From NCBI GenBank assembly GCA_036351795.1, contig JAZBPW010000081.1:1-59924 (forward strand): 59,924 nucleotides of DNA. The letters are read 5' to 3'. Source of the stretch: Candidatus Zhuqueibacterota bacterium (GTDB lineage: Bacteria; Zhuqueibacterota; Zhuqueibacteria; Thermofontimicrobiales; Thiofontviventaceae). Both the position numbers and the translations under genes were made by a program. Below are positions 8,182-18,773 of this stretch, one piece after another. The notes under the pieces are model-generated. The model saw only the letters and a list, made by a program, of their open reading frames with translations. It was not told where the DNA came from and made no database searches. Within the stretch, counting starts at the first letter, position 1; each line of letters opens with the position of its first letter.

Positions 8182-10248
8182 ATGAATATATCAAACATGT
8201 TTTTTAGATTGTTTTCAAACGTGGTTTCACATGGCATGCATTGTGCCCACGGTCATGCATATTCAATTCGGATTTTTGTGATCTCTTTCCTGATTATGAC
8301 TTTACCGGCAGTCTTGCCCCAAGAGAGCATTGCCCAGGATCCGCAGGTGGAAAAACTGCTGGAGGAGGAGGCCGAATACTCCGATCAGTCGGATTTGATG
8401 GATCGACTCGCGGAACTTGAGAAGAATCCCATCGATCTGAATCGTGTCGATATTGACGGACTGGATGTACTACCCTGGATCTCCCCCGGGCTTGCTCGCG
8501 ATATCGTCAGACTTCGGGAAGAGAAGGGCCGGTTCAATTCGATCGACGAATTGAACGAAATACCCGGGCTTACTTCCGATATTTACGAAACAATCAAATC
8601 CTACCTGATTATCGGTGCCGAACGGCAGCGTCGTGAATTCCTGTTGAGGACGCGCTCGCGTACAAATAGAAAGATTGAAAAGAGCGTCGGATACAGCAAT
8701 GGGGATTATTACAATTCACCGAATAAATACTATCATCAGATTCGAGCGGCATATACAAGGAATTTCGATGCAGGGCTCGTGTTCGAAAAGGATCAGGGTG
8801 AAAAGAAAATCAATGATCTGACACTTGGATTTCTCAGATATCAGGATGACAGCGGGAAAAATCGTCTCATTCTCGGTAATTACAGGCTTGAATTCGGACA
8901 GGGGCTGGCATTCTGGAATCCCTACAGCTATGGTAAAAGTGCTTCTCCCATCTATCCGGCGATCAAAAAGGAGAGAAATCTGCTGCACTATACCATGGTG
9001 GACGAAAATAGTGCACTTTACGGCGCCGCGTTCCAGACCGCTTATCGCTCCATGCGATTTTTCAGTTTTTTTTCGAAAATGAAACTGGATGCCACGCTCA
9101 ATGGATCCGGTGGTGTAGAAAACTTCTATGCCACAGGATATCATCGTAATGAACTGGAATTGGAGAAAAAGGATACGCTTGAGGAGCAGCTCATCGGTGC
9201 GCGGATGACATACGCCCGTGAAAATGATCTCCGTATCGGCGCGACTGTATACGCTTCCGAATATGACAGACCATTGGAAAATTCAGATTACAACCGAAAA
9301 CGTTTTGCTTTCCGGGGCAGCAGAAACCATGTCTCCTCCCTGGATTTTCAAATACGTCTGCCGAACCAGAGAATATTTGGTGAGTACGCGCAATCGAAAA
9401 ATAGCGGTTGGGGTCTGGTTTTGGGAACAGTATTCGCACAGAAGAATTACGGTATTTTGATGCAATTCAGAAATTATTCAAAAGACTTTCATAGTCTTCA
9501 TGGGGCTGGATTCGGAGAGAGGGGAGGCGTGCCCGAGAATGAGCAGGGATTTTATACCGGTGTCTCATACCGTATTCTCAAAAATACAACACTCTTCGGC
9601 TATTTTGATGTTTTCAGATTTCCATGGCGAACATATTTCGAAAAAATGCCGGTCAATGGAAATGATTTTCTGATACAGATTGAGCACAAAGTGAATCGGA
9701 CGATGAACGTCATGGTGCGTTTCAAACGCAAAAGAAAAGAACAGGCAATTGCAGGTGAAGACGCTTTAGGACGGTCCACGGAATACATAGAGAGTGAAAA
9801 CCGGAGCAATCTAAGATTTCAGTTTGAGTACAATCCCCTGCCTCCGTTGAAATTGAGATTCAGGTCCGAACTTGTCGAATACGATCATATTCAGAAAAGC
9901 CGTGGATTGCTGATATATCAGGATGTACGTTATCGTGTGGCCGGCATGCTGACGCTGTATGCGCGCCTGACATTCTTTGATACCGATGACTACAATTCAC
10001 GGGTATATCAGTTTGAGAACGACATCCCATATGTCCTCACAAATCAGATGCTTTACGGAGAGGGATCACGCTGGTATCTTTGCTTGATATATGACTATAA
10101 AAACTGGATTCGTCTCAGCTCGAAAATTGGTGTGAATTATTATGAAGACACAGAGAGTGTGGGCTCAGGGTATGATGTGATCGAGGGTAACACATTCAGA
10201 ACGTTCAGTCTTCAATTGGAGACCGATTTAAGGATATTTTCCTATTGA
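8182..10248 (+). CDS. Helix-hairpin-helix (ComEA-like) domain plus large outer-membrane beta-barrel
   Basis: PIDLNRV...LPWISP.LARDIVRLREEKGRFNSIDELNEIPGL. Then EKDQGE, LGNYRLEFGQGL, NEQGFY, FDTDDYNSRVYQFEND, with an aromatic C-terminus. The start may be downstream of 8182. Confidence 0.8.
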   Translation: MNISNMFFRLFSNVVSHGMHCAHGHAYSIRIFVISFLIMTLPAVLPQESIAQDPQVEKLLEEEAEYSDQSDLMDRLAELEKNPIDLNRVDIDGLDVLPWISPGLARDIVRLREEKGRFNSIDELNEIPGLTSDIYETIKSYLIIGAERQRREFLLRTRSRTNRKIEKSVGYSNGDYYNSPNKYYHQIRAAYTRNFDAGLVFEKDQGEKKINDLTLGFLRYQDDSGKNRLILGNYRLEFGQGLAFWNPYSYGKSASPIYPAIKKERNLLHYTMVDENSALYGAAFQTAYRSMRFFSFFSKMKLDATLNGSGGVENFYATGYHRNELELEKKDTLEEQLIGARMTYARENDLRIGATVYASEYDRPLENSDYNRKRFAFRGSRNHVSSLDFQIRLPNQRIFGEYAQSKNSGWGLVLGTVFAQKNYGILMQFRNYSKDFHSLHGAGFGERGGVPENEQGFYTGVSYRILKNTTLFGYFDVFRFPWRTYFEKMPVNGNDFLIQIEHKVNRTMNVMVRFKRKRKEQAIAGEDALGRSTEYIESENRSNLRFQFEYNPLPPLKLRFRSELVEYDHIQKSRGLLIYQDVRYRVAGMLTLYARLTFFDTDDYNSRVYQFENDIPYVLTNQMLYGEGSRWYLCLIYDYKNWIRLSSKIGVNYYEDTESVGSGYDVIEGNTFRTFSLQLETDLRIFSY

Positions 10249-10273
10249 CTTAAAATGATAAAAGCCTTATATT
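10245..10273 (+). promoter_or_regulatory. sigma70-like promoter
   Basis: TTGACT-17 nt-TATATT, overlapping the upstream stop codon. Confidence 0.55.
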
Positions 10274-10354
10274 GAGCCTTAATTAAGGCTATGGGTGCAT
10301 CTTAGCTCTTCTTATCGATGTCATTTAGCGGATATTATCGATTAGTTTAAAAAA

Positions 10355-10903
10355 ATGAAATCAAAACTTCATAAATATATCATCATCCCTTTCTACAAGA
10401 TTCTGGCGAAAATTAAAAATAATGCGAATGTCATCAATATTTTTGATGCGCTGAAAACGGCGCGTAGAATATTGGTTCTGATGCCTCAGGATCCGGAGGA
10501 ATTTAAAGTGGCATGGGAGATCCTGCCACAGCTCGAAGCCAGTTTCCCGGATGCAAAACTCACCGTAATCATGCAAGAGCTGTACTGGAAGTTGTCCCGC
10601 GAACAGGGGAACTATGGTATGATTTTTGTATCACAGTCTGACAAGAATATCTGGGATCTTCCTCAGCATAGTCTGATTAACAAGGTGGCGGCATCGAATT
10701 ATGACATTGCGATCGATCTTAACAACGATTTTAATCTGCTCTCGACTTTGCTTTGCCATAAAAGCAATGCCCCCCTCAGGATATGTATAAAAGATCCGGA
10801 TCGTGACCCGTTTTACAATGTCAGCTTCAGGGCAGCCGAGCATAATGGATTGGATGGTATCTACAAAAACCTGTTCAAATACCTGAATGCACGGGTCAAA
10901 TGA
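10355..10903 (+). CDS. DUF6913-like / GT9 N-terminal-fold hypothetical protein
   Basis: RRILVLMP...FPDAKLTV...NYDIAIDLN...SNAPLRI pattern. Confidence 0.55.
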   Translation: MKSKLHKYIIIPFYKILAKIKNNANVINIFDALKTARRILVLMPQDPEEFKVAWEILPQLEASFPDAKLTVIMQELYWKLSREQGNYGMIFVSQSDKNIWDLPQHSLINKVAASNYDIAIDLNNDFNLLSTLLCHKSNAPLRICIKDPDRDPFYNVSFRAAEHNGLDGIYKNLFKYLNARVK

Positions 10904-11039
10904 CCAATTGAAAATGGTCAATGCTCTTTTTCACGAAATCCAAATTACTAATTAATCGACCTATCGTACATTTTGTATAGTGCACCTGGAACGCTATGGT
11001 GCAGTGATATGTCAGGCTAACTATTCGGGAAGAATTTCT

Positions 11040-12197
11040 ATGGCTGAATCAGTGAATCAGTTGAAGGACAAAATTTCAGGGCTTCAAAAACAAGTGATGC
11101 AATTCGAAGAGTTGAATAATGAATTGAAGGGCAAGCTCAGTGAACTCTATTCTTTGTATCAGATAAGTTTCGTCCTGAGCCTTACATTTGATCTGGATGA
11201 AGTGCTGAAATCCGTGAAGCGATTGTACAAGAAAAATTTCAAGATCGATGAATTATCACTCATGCTGCTGGATGATAAATCAGGTCATCTTAAAGTTGAA
11301 GCCTCCTACGGGTTGCGGAGTGGATTGCGAAATTTTACACCAAAACACGGTGAGAAGAATATTTTTTATGCTGTATTGAATCAGAAAGAACATATCTATA
11401 TCCCGGATGTAAGTCAGGAGACAAATTTAACGATCTTCAGCAACTCGGGAAGAACACGAAAAGGCGCATTTCTCAGTATGCCCCTGATTCCTGAAAAGTC
11501 GGATCCCATCGGAGTGATAAATTTTTACAGAAAGAAAGCCGACTCTTTTCCTGACACTGAAATCGATCTGCTGCTGAAGCTAGCCGAACAGGTGGCAAAT
11601 GTGATCGAGCAAACGCTGCTTTTCAAAAAGACGAAGGAATTATCAATCACGGATGAGCTGACCGGAATATACAACAGACGCTACCTCAACCAAAGGCTCG
11701 ACCGTGAAGTGACGCGTTCGAAAAGATATAAACGACCGCTCACTGCTATTATGATCGATATCGATTATTTCAAAATATACAATGATCTGAATGGACATCT
11801 TCTCGGTGATGAAGTTCTGAAGAGAGTCGCGCATATAATCGATAACAATATCAGAAAGGCGGACATCCTCGCCCGCTATGGGGGAGAAGAATTCATGTTG
11901 CTGCTACCGGAAATTGACAAAGAACATGCATATCAGGTGGCAGAGAAACTCCGGAAGACTGTTGAAAATGAGGACTTCCCCAAAGAACACAAAATGCCGC
12001 ATAAAAACCTGACAATTTCCGTTGGATTCGCCACACTGCTGGAAGATACATACAATGCGCATGAACTTCTGAAGTTTGCGGATATCGCGCTTTACGAGGC
12101 GAAAAATCAGGGACGTAACAGGGTCGAAGGATATCGGCCAGATCTCTACGATGAGGCTGAAAATAACAAAATGTACATCGAAAAAAGTGCTTCGTGA
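11040..12197 (+). CDS. GAF-sensor diguanylate cyclase
   Basis: Coiled coil, GAF domain, TDELTGIYNRR, DIDYFK, I-site RKAD, active site GGEEF. Likely ATG at 11040. Confidence 0.93.
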   Translation: MAESVNQLKDKISGLQKQVMQFEELNNELKGKLSELYSLYQISFVLSLTFDLDEVLKSVKRLYKKNFKIDELSLMLLDDKSGHLKVEASYGLRSGLRNFTPKHGEKNIFYAVLNQKEHIYIPDVSQETNLTIFSNSGRTRKGAFLSMPLIPEKSDPIGVINFYRKKADSFPDTEIDLLLKLAEQVANVIEQTLLFKKTKELSITDELTGIYNRRYLNQRLDREVTRSKRYKRPLTAIMIDIDYFKIYNDLNGHLLGDEVLKRVAHIIDNNIRKADILARYGGEEFMLLLPEIDKEHAYQVAEKLRKTVENEDFPKEHKMPHKNLTISVGFATLLEDTYNAHELLKFADIALYEAKNQGRNRVEGYRPDLYDEAENNKMYIEKSAS

Positions 12198-14653
12198 TGC
12201 TATGGAAAATATTTTCTGAAGTCACTTTTCGGACCATTGTTCTGATAATCTTGACTCCTCTGTGGTCTCTTGATGCATGTCTCGCCTCAGCTGATTCCTA
12301 CATTAAGCGGAATTATGACACAGTTCATATTGGACTGACTCTCCTGTTGAATGAGGACGAGCGTTCCCTCACAGGAGAGGCGTCCCTCGTTATCGTTCCC
12401 CTCGACTCCGGATTCAATCAATGCGAATTCCACGCAGTAGAGATGGATGTAGAAAAAGTATCTCTGATCCCTAACGGAAATATAGCCTATCATGCTGACT
12501 CCAGTAAAATTTATATCGAATTCAACGAGCAGTATACTCCTGAAGACACGCTGACCCTGGTTGTACGTTACTACACGAAGCCGGAAAAGGGCGTCTATTT
12601 CAACATACCCACTATGCAAGGGGAGAACAGACCGTTTCAAATCTATACGCATTCCGAACCGACCGATGCACGCTACTGGTTTCCCTGCTATGATGCGCCG
12701 GATGACAAGCTGACATCGGAAATGAAGGTGACAGTCAATGATGGACTGAGTGTCGTTTCTAACGGCTCTCTTGTGGATGTTCAGCGACATGTACGCGACA
12801 GCCTGATAACGTATCACTGGCTGCAGGACAAGCCGCATGTGAACTATCTGATATCCTTCGCAGCTGGTGATTTTCATGTTGTCTCTGACAGCTACGGGGA
12901 TGTTCCGGTCAATTATCATGTATATCCTGATAACTACATGAACGCTGAATATTGCTTCGGCAAAACACCGGAGATGATGAGTCTCTTTTCCACATTATTT
13001 GGCTATCCATACCCATGGTGCAAATATGATCAGGTTCTGATCAGGAACTATCCGGCGAGGGGTATGGAACATACATCCGCGACGACATTGACCGATGCAA
13101 TCATGCACGATGGAAGAATGCATCTCGATAAAAATTGTGATAACCTGGTTGCGCACGAGCTGGCACATCAGTGGTTTGGGAATCTCGTCACCTGTGAAAA
13201 CTGGCCGCATATCTGGCTCAATGAAGGATTTGCCACTTACGCTGAAATACTTTTCACACAAGCAGATCAGGGGGATGATGCGGCGGATTACGCGCTGTAT
13301 TTGCAGAAGAACGCCTACTTTCGATTCGAAGGTGACGAATTCAAACAACCCATCGTCTACACCTACTACACGCATCCAAGAGAGATGTTTTCGCACGTAA
13401 CATATCAGAAGGCGAGTCTTGTGCTGCATATGCTGAGGGATATGATTGGCGATGCGACATTCTTCGAATCTTTGAAACGCTATCTGTCACAATTTGCCTT
13501 TCAATCGGTGAGCACGATTGATTTCATCGCTATCGTGGAATGGGTATGCTCCCGGGAACTGAACTGGTTTTTCGATCAATGGCTGTACAAAGGAGGCTAT
13601 CCGGTACTGGCTGTGGCTCATGAATACGATGAGACGGAGAGATCTGTGGTATTGGACATCGTCCAGAAACAGGAACCGCTGGATCAGGTTTACAAACTGC
13701 CGCTGATGGTCGAGTTGGTCACAGCGGACGCACACACCAGGCATCTCCTGAACATCGATTCGCGGAAACAGACCATCCGGCTTCCCGCACCGGCTAACCC
13801 GCTGGCGGTGCGCATTGATCCGGACCATGCGCTGCTGAAAACACTCGAATACAAAAGAGATATCGAACAACTTCTATTTGAATTGAGAAATGATGATCAT
13901 GTCGCCGGTCGTATGGAAGCGATCGATTCACTGCAGTATCAAACCGGGGATACCGCCTCTGTTGTTCGTGGATTGATCCATGCGCTTCATTACGATAATT
14001 TCTGGGCAGTCAGGCGAAAGGCGGCACATGCACTGGGTCATTACAAGTCCGAGTCATCGAAAATCGCGCTTGTGAAAGGCTGCGCTGACGGAAAATCCAG
14101 AGTGAGGCGGGCGAGCGTTTATGCCCTGGAGAATTTCGATGATCCTGGCCTGTTTCGATTGTTCCGCGAAATTGCACAGTCTGATTCGAGTTACTACGTG
14201 CAATCGGCCGCGCTTTACGCCATGACCAATCTTCCGGATTCACTCTCATTCGAAATGCTGGAGCCTTTTTTCTCGATCAAATCCGGCAATGGGATTGTAG
14301 AATCGGCGGCACTGAGCGCTCTTGGGCAGTTGAATGACAGTAGATGCCTGCCCATCGCATATCACTTCGCGCGAAATCCGGATGCCACTTTCTTTCAGAG
14401 ATATTCCGCACTCAAGATTATTGAAGACAACGGTCATGGAGACAGTGAGACCGGGGACGTGCTTGTCAGATTGTTGCGTACAATGGAGAATGAAAAGCTA
14501 CTGCACAAAGTCATACAAATCCTCAGCAACTACAGAACGGAGCAGGTAGCGCGTGCTCTGGAAAAAAAGCTCCATGACGATATCAGCGACGCGACCCGGC
14601 GCCGATTAAGATATTCCCTGTCACAAATTGAATCCGCGCCCTTGAAAAAATGA
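12194..14653 (+). CDS. M1 family aminopeptidase with C-terminal HEAT repeats
   Basis: ARYWFPC, RGMEH (GAMEN variant), HELAHQWFG...WLNEGFA Zn motif, YQKA, HEAT repeats (FWAVRRKAAHALG). Confidence 0.92.
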   Translation: MMLWKIFSEVTFRTIVLIILTPLWSLDACLASADSYIKRNYDTVHIGLTLLLNEDERSLTGEASLVIVPLDSGFNQCEFHAVEMDVEKVSLIPNGNIAYHADSSKIYIEFNEQYTPEDTLTLVVRYYTKPEKGVYFNIPTMQGENRPFQIYTHSEPTDARYWFPCYDAPDDKLTSEMKVTVNDGLSVVSNGSLVDVQRHVRDSLITYHWLQDKPHVNYLISFAAGDFHVVSDSYGDVPVNYHVYPDNYMNAEYCFGKTPEMMSLFSTLFGYPYPWCKYDQVLIRNYPARGMEHTSATTLTDAIMHDGRMHLDKNCDNLVAHELAHQWFGNLVTCENWPHIWLNEGFATYAEILFTQADQGDDAADYALYLQKNAYFRFEGDEFKQPIVYTYYTHPREMFSHVTYQKASLVLHMLRDMIGDATFFESLKRYLSQFAFQSVSTIDFIAIVEWVCSRELNWFFDQWLYKGGYPVLAVAHEYDETERSVVLDIVQKQEPLDQVYKLPLMVELVTADAHTRHLLNIDSRKQTIRLPAPANPLAVRIDPDHALLKTLEYKRDIEQLLFELRNDDHVAGRMEAIDSLQYQTGDTASVVRGLIHALHYDNFWAVRRKAAHALGHYKSESSKIALVKGCADGKSRVRRASVYALENFDDPGLFRLFREIAQSDSSYYVQSAALYAMTNLPDSLSFEMLEPFFSIKSGNGIVESAALSALGQLNDSRCLPIAYHFARNPDATFFQRYSALKIIEDNGHGDSETGDVLVRLLRTMENEKLLHKVIQILSNYRTEQVARALEKKLHDDISDATRRRLRYSLSQIESAPLKK

Positions 14654-14682
14654 TTGCAATTCTTTAGAATTATCAATATATT
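14654..14682 (+). promoter_or_regulatory. sigma70-like promoter
   Basis: TTGCAA-17 nt-TATATT upstream of the VanZ-family gene. Confidence 0.5.
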
Positions 14683-14733
14683 CAGGCGATTCCTGTCATT
14701 GCGGATGTTTGTTTACTTGAATTATTGGTTTGA

Positions 14734-15165
14734 ATGAAATTTCTTCGTTATCAACTGCCGGCTATTCTGTTTGCGTTGGCCATTTTCATACAATCATCAA
14801 TACATGGTTTAGCCCCTCCTGATCTTGGTATTTCACTGGAGGATAAGCTTTTTCATGCGGTGGTGTACGGGTTTTTCGGATTTACGCTTACCAGGGCATT
14901 CTACTATTCAAATAACATCCGGATGAGACGGTACGCGATTCTCCTGGGGATAATCGTTGGTATCTTGTACGCTGTATCGGACGAAATTCATCAATACTTC
15001 GTTCCGGGCAGATATGCGGAAGCGGGAGATGTGGTTGCGGATGCCATCGGCATCATGTTCGCTCAGATAATCTTCCTACGAAAAAAGGCGTTTGAAAAAA
15101 GAGAAGCGAATCGGCGATTGCCAGAAAATGAGCAATATCGCACAGATAATGATGATAACTGTTGA
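14734..15165 (+). CDS. VanZ family membrane protein
   Basis: DKLFHAVVYG; SDEIHQYFVPGR...DVVAD. Confidence 0.9.
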   Translation: MKFLRYQLPAILFALAIFIQSSIHGLAPPDLGISLEDKLFHAVVYGFFGFTLTRAFYYSNNIRMRRYAILLGIIVGILYAVSDEIHQYFVPGRYAEAGDVVADAIGIMFAQIIFLRKKAFEKREANRRLPENEQYRTDNDDNC

Positions 15166-15231
15166 AATCATATTGTCCCCTGTTGTCTCAATATATTAGA
15201 CTGAATGTGTGAGGAAATGGTTGCATAAAAA

Positions 15232-16632
15232 ATGACTGAAAAAAGACTGCTGAAAAATATTGGTGAAATCGCTGACGGATTGGGAATTCAGGTATATGCT
15301 GTGGGAGGTTATGTACGCGACAAGATATTTCTCAAGGAGAGCGTGAAGGATATCGATTTTGTCGTGGTGGGGGATGGACCGGCGTTTGCGAAAAAGATTG
15401 CCGGGCAAATGAAGGCGATAAATATCGTGATTTTCAAGCGGTTCAAGACAGCGCGCATGACAATCGAAGATTATTCGCTCGAATTCGTCAGCGCACGGAG
15501 CGAACGATATGCCGAGGATTCGCGTAATCCAAAGGTCGAACAGAGCGATCTGGAATCTGATTTAAAGAGACGGGATTTCACCATCAATGCCATGGCCATG
15601 TCACTTAATCGATCAGATTATGGTACGATCATCGATCCGTACGAGGGCGCTTCGGATATCTCCAAGCATATTATCAGGACGCCGCTCGATCCGGAGGAGA
15701 CGTTCAAAGACGACCCGTTAAGGATTATGCGTGCGATTCGTTTTGCAACGAAATTGAACTTCGACATCGAATCGGAAACATTCGCAGCACTGAGTCGCAT
15801 GGGGCATCGTCTCGACATCATATCTCAGGAACGGATCACCGAAGAAATTATGCAGATCTTGAAGACCAGAACACCCTCCAAAGGATTCTATCTACTGGAT
15901 GAGGCTGGCATCCTGCCGATCGTTTTTCCCGAGATATCAGAGATGAAGGGGGTGGATCAACGAAATGACTACCATCATAAAGATGTCTTCATTCATACAC
16001 TTAAGGTTGTGGATAATGTGGCTGCGGTTTCGGACAAGCTCGCCCTGCGCTTTGTGGCTCTGGTACATGACATTGCCAAGCCTGCAACGAAAAAATTCAT
16101 CGATGGCATAGGCTGGACTTTTCACGGCCACGACGAGATTGGCGCCAGGATGCTCAAAGGCCTTTTCCGGCGGCTGAAGCTGCCCAATGAGATGCTGAAG
16201 TACACGGAAAAGCTTGTGAGGCTTCATCTGAGGCCGATCAATCTATCTCAGGAGGATGTCACGGATTCGGCCATTCGGCGGCTTCTGGTAGCAGCAGGAG
16301 AGAATATCGACGATCTTCTCACACTGTGCCGTGCCGATATCACGTCCGGGAACCCTAAAAGGGTGAAAAGGCATCTGAAGAATTTCGATCATGTGGCGCA
16401 GCGTCTTCAGGAGGTTGAAGAAAAGGATGCGATGAAGGCCTTTCAATCTCCGGTCAGAGGAGATGAAATCATGAAACTCTGCGAACTCCGGCCCGGTCCG
16501 ATCGTCGGGATACTGAAGAGTATGATCGAAGAGGCAATCCTTGATGGCCGCATCGAGAACGAACATGAAGCAGCCTATGACTATTTAATGACCATCAAAG
16601 ATGAGGTATTAGCAAAGCGCAATGAACAATAA
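15232..16632 (+). CDS. cca: CCA tRNA nucleotidyltransferase with HD domain
   Basis: VGGYVRD, DIDFVV, RRDFTINAM, DDPLRIMRAIRF, SQERI, HDIAK. Confidence 0.88.
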   Translation: MTEKRLLKNIGEIADGLGIQVYAVGGYVRDKIFLKESVKDIDFVVVGDGPAFAKKIAGQMKAINIVIFKRFKTARMTIEDYSLEFVSARSERYAEDSRNPKVEQSDLESDLKRRDFTINAMAMSLNRSDYGTIIDPYEGASDISKHIIRTPLDPEETFKDDPLRIMRAIRFATKLNFDIESETFAALSRMGHRLDIISQERITEEIMQILKTRTPSKGFYLLDEAGILPIVFPEISEMKGVDQRNDYHHKDVFIHTLKVVDNVAAVSDKLALRFVALVHDIAKPATKKFIDGIGWTFHGHDEIGARMLKGLFRRLKLPNEMLKYTEKLVRLHLRPINLSQEDVTDSAIRRLLVAAGENIDDLLTLCRADITSGNPKRVKRHLKNFDHVAQRLQEVEEKDAMKAFQSPVRGDEIMKLCELRPGPIVGILKSMIEEAILDGRIENEHEAAYDYLMTIKDEVLAKRNEQ

Positions 16633-17917
16633 ACGATCCACTGTGGATAAAAAATTGAAACTATATATCCCGAGAATGAGCTACAGCGGCGCCAGGATCA
16701 CGGCGGCGACTTTTCAGTCCATTGGAATTGAAGCGCACCCCTCGCCTGTCTCCGACGCGCGGACGCTGGAGCTGGGCGCGAAATATATCAGCGGTGATGA
16801 GTGCCTTCCCGAGAAAGTGACGCTGGGCAATTTTTTGAAGATCATCGAGGATGAAAGCTTCGATCCCGAAACCACGGCATTTCTGTTGCCCACCGCGGGG
16901 GGGCCCTGCCGTTTCGGCCAGTATCAGCCTTTGTTCAGAAAGGTGATGCGGGACAAGGGCTATTCCGATGTAAAGATATTTTCACCGACTTCTGATAACG
17001 GGTATGAGGGATTCGGCGATCAGGCCGGACATCTGACGCATGTCTACTGGAATGCGGTGGTGTCCTGCGACATACTCCGCAAGATGCAGTTGAGAATTCG
17101 ACCATACGCACTCGAACGGGAAATGGCTAATGAGGTCTTTCACGCCGGATTGGACGATCTATGCAACGCTATTGCCGAACCCGGCGGTTCGGTTGCTTCC
17201 AAGCGGAAAAATATGCGGGCAGCGCTCATCCGCGCGCGGGATAATTACCGACGCATCCCGGCGGACTACTCGCAGCCGAAACCCATCATCGGCATCGTGG
17301 GTGAGATCTATTGCCGCCTCAATGAATTCAGTAACGATTACCTTGTAAACAAAATCGAGGAGCATGGTGGAGAAGCCTGGATGACGGACGTTGCGGAATG
17401 GGTGTGGTATACCAACGATGAGCAACGGCTCCGGTTGATCCGCAAGGGAAAGCGATATTCGCTCGATATGCTGAAGGCATACGTCAAATACAAGGTACAG
17501 AAACGGGATGAGCATTATCTGTATGCGCCTTTCAAGGATGATTTCAGGGGCTATGAAGAGCCTGAGAGCGTGAAGATCGTCACGGAATACAGCCGGCCTT
17601 ACCTGCCACAGGAGGGGGCGCTGGGAGAGATGGTGCTGAACGTGGGGAAATCGATATACCTCTACAATAAAGGCGTGGATGGCATCATCGATGTGAGCCC
17701 TTTTTCCTGCATGAACGGTATCGTCTGTGAAGCAGTCTATCCACAGGTGAGCGCAGCGCATGATAGTTTCCCGATCCGCATATTTTACTACGATGGTGTA
17801 CAGACCGATCTGGATCGTGATATCGGTATTTTCATGGAGCTGGTGAAAACTTACAACCGGAGGAAAAAGATCCAGCGCCGATTACCGTCCGGGTTCGACG
17901 GTGCAGTTGCAGCATGA
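16622..17917 (+). CDS. Acyl-CoA dehydratase activase-associated protein (C-terminal module of YjiL/DUF2229-type systems)
   Basis: ECLPEKVTLG, GGPCRFGQY, IVGEIY, PFSCMNGIV. No BadF/BcrAD ATPase domain is present. Confidence 0.75.
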   Translation: MNNKRSTVDKKLKLYIPRMSYSGARITAATFQSIGIEAHPSPVSDARTLELGAKYISGDECLPEKVTLGNFLKIIEDESFDPETTAFLLPTAGGPCRFGQYQPLFRKVMRDKGYSDVKIFSPTSDNGYEGFGDQAGHLTHVYWNAVVSCDILRKMQLRIRPYALEREMANEVFHAGLDDLCNAIAEPGGSVASKRKNMRAALIRARDNYRRIPADYSQPKPIIGIVGEIYCRLNEFSNDYLVNKIEEHGGEAWMTDVAEWVWYTNDEQRLRLIRKGKRYSLDMLKAYVKYKVQKRDEHYLYAPFKDDFRGYEEPESVKIVTEYSRPYLPQEGALGEMVLNVGKSIYLYNKGVDGIIDVSPFSCMNGIVCEAVYPQVSAAHDSFPIRIFYYDGVQTDLDRDIGIFMELVKTYNRRKKIQRRLPSGFDGAVAA

Positions 17918-17945
17918 ATCAATTCCGTAGGTCACGGGAGATCGA

Positions 17946-18749
17946 TCAGGTCGCGAACATGAAAAAACGCATGCAGTCGAAGAAGTCCTCGCATGTCATG
18001 GCAACCGTCAGGTCGCCAATACGTTTTACACCCGGATACCAGGAGGCGCGGTATGTTCTGAGTTCATCCTTGAAATCGATCTCTATGGTATAGGGTGAGT
18101 TGTAGATCAGCGGACTGAACGATGCCAGGTCGGTCAGCGCCTTTTTCACTCCTTCGCGGATTCGCTTCCGGGAGACAGCCGGATGCAGATTCACTGCTGC
18201 TTTGCCTATACCCTGCTTCACGGCAACCGTGGCTATGTGTCCAAAGAGAGACTTTGCCTGATCACAGATGGCGCTGTCACCGGAGACGAACGCGACGGGA
18301 ACATGGTGATATCCGGCGATCAGAGCGTTCCATCCCAATTCAGGCAGAGATATCCCATTCACTCTCAGATCGAGTACCACACCTGCCATGGTGTGCTTCA
18401 GCGTGCCGTTCGGTGTGCCGGCCTTTGCGTGATAACCGATACAGACAGCGGCGTCAAAGGTGTCGTCCAGTCCATCCATCATGCCATAGGGCCCGGTGGA
18501 CCACTCTCTCAGTAAGACGGCTTTTTCGTTCAGCATATCGGGCAGCATGTTTCTGGCTGAGGCATGTGCGTCGCGGACGGTGATGTGACTCGCACCTGCT
18601 TCCAGCGCACCCTCGACGGCGGCGTTCGCCTCCTGTGTCATGATTTTTCGGAAATACTGGTAGTCCTGATGCTTCTCTTCGGTCTCATCCCAGTGAATGA
18701 CACCGGTGATGCCCTCCATATCAACAGAGATGAATATCTTCTTTTCCAT
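17946..18749 (-). CDS. dppA: M55 family D-aminopeptidase (DppA-like)
   Basis: ISVDMEG, DAH, GYHA, HT, VSGD Zn-site motifs. Confidence 0.9.
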   Translation of the reverse strand: MEKKIFISVDMEGITGVIHWDETEEKHQDYQYFRKIMTQEANAAVEGALEAGASHITVRDAHASARNMLPDMLNEKAVLLREWSTGPYGMMDGLDDTFDAAVCIGYHAKAGTPNGTLKHTMAGVVLDLRVNGISLPELGWNALIAGYHHVPVAFVSGDSAICDQAKSLFGHIATVAVKQGIGKAAVNLHPAVSRKRIREGVKKALTDLASFSPLIYNSPYTIEIDFKDELRTYRASWYPGVKRIGDLTVAMTCEDFFDCMRFFMFAT

Positions 18750-18773
18750 TCAATACTCCTTTACAATGTCTGA

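Noticed and set aside
17159-17761. 200-aa antisense ORF
   Set aside because: It is a shadow of the activase-associated gene and has no recognisable motif.
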